A DNA stretch of 64,000 nt. Source: Ranitomeya imitator. Lineage: Eukaryota. How positions within the stretch are numbered: position 1 is the first letter of the stretch; every line of letters begins with the position of its first letter. Made by a program: the position numbers and the translations under genes. The stretch lies in assembly GCF_032444005.1 (NCBI RefSeq), contig NC_091282.1:55242001-55306000 (forward strand), written 5' to 3'. This document shows positions 63,886-64,000 of this stretch, piece by piece. The notes beneath the pieces were generated by a model, which saw only the letters and a list, made by a program, of their open reading frames with translations, was not told the origin of the DNA and did no database searches.

Positions 63886-64000
63886 CCCCTTTCTGACATT
63901 AGACGTACTATCCCGTCAAGGTGGGGTGTGCCCGTATGCCCACCGACGGGATGGTACGTCATAGCGATCGGCCGCGCTCACGGGGGGAGTGCAGCCGATC
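63886..64000 (-). mobile_element. Terminus of a second copy of the TTAA element family, opposite orientation, running off the window
   Basis: TTAA|CCCCTTTCTGACATTAGACGTACTATCCC is the reverse complement of 58240-58276 with few mismatches. Confidence 0.8.

Noticed and set aside
60850-63964. 719-aa and other F/S/P or G/E/R-rich ORFs
   Set aside because: Stop-poor polypyrimidine/polypurine repeat.

Overview
Vertebrate genomic DNA, very likely an anuran (inferred from the T2/Kolobok, Harbinger, Tc1, L2, Helitron and minisatellite repertoire). It contains one protein-coding gene: a complete 8-exon CFAP53 (CCDC11) on the minus strand, 35499->16609. All seven introns are GT-AG, the phases are compatible, and the CDS is 1560 nt (519 aa plus stop). 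A CpG-rich promoter upstream carries RFX X-box, ETS, ZNF143/THAP11-like and CTCF-like motifs. The rest of the window is mostly repeats: nested Tc1/mariner relics, MITEs, solo LTRs, L2 fragments, an 8-kb non-autonomous Helitron filled with a 20-bp satellite, a 4.6-kb TTAA (piggyBac-like) element with 390-bp tandem repeats and telomere-like repeats, about ten minisatellite arrays, and a near-identical 5-kb tandem duplication. The long ORFs in the supplied track outside CFAP53, L2 and Tc1 are minisatellite artefacts. I found no convincing new multi-gene system. The most unusual items are (1) a 331-bp perfect palindrome with 14-bp flanking duplications and hammerhead-like Penelope motifs just 3' of CFAP53, (2) non-autonomous transposons carrying tandem arrays, and (3) a recurrent divergent splice-donor module, often with a central TGACGTCA, shared by unrelated elements.
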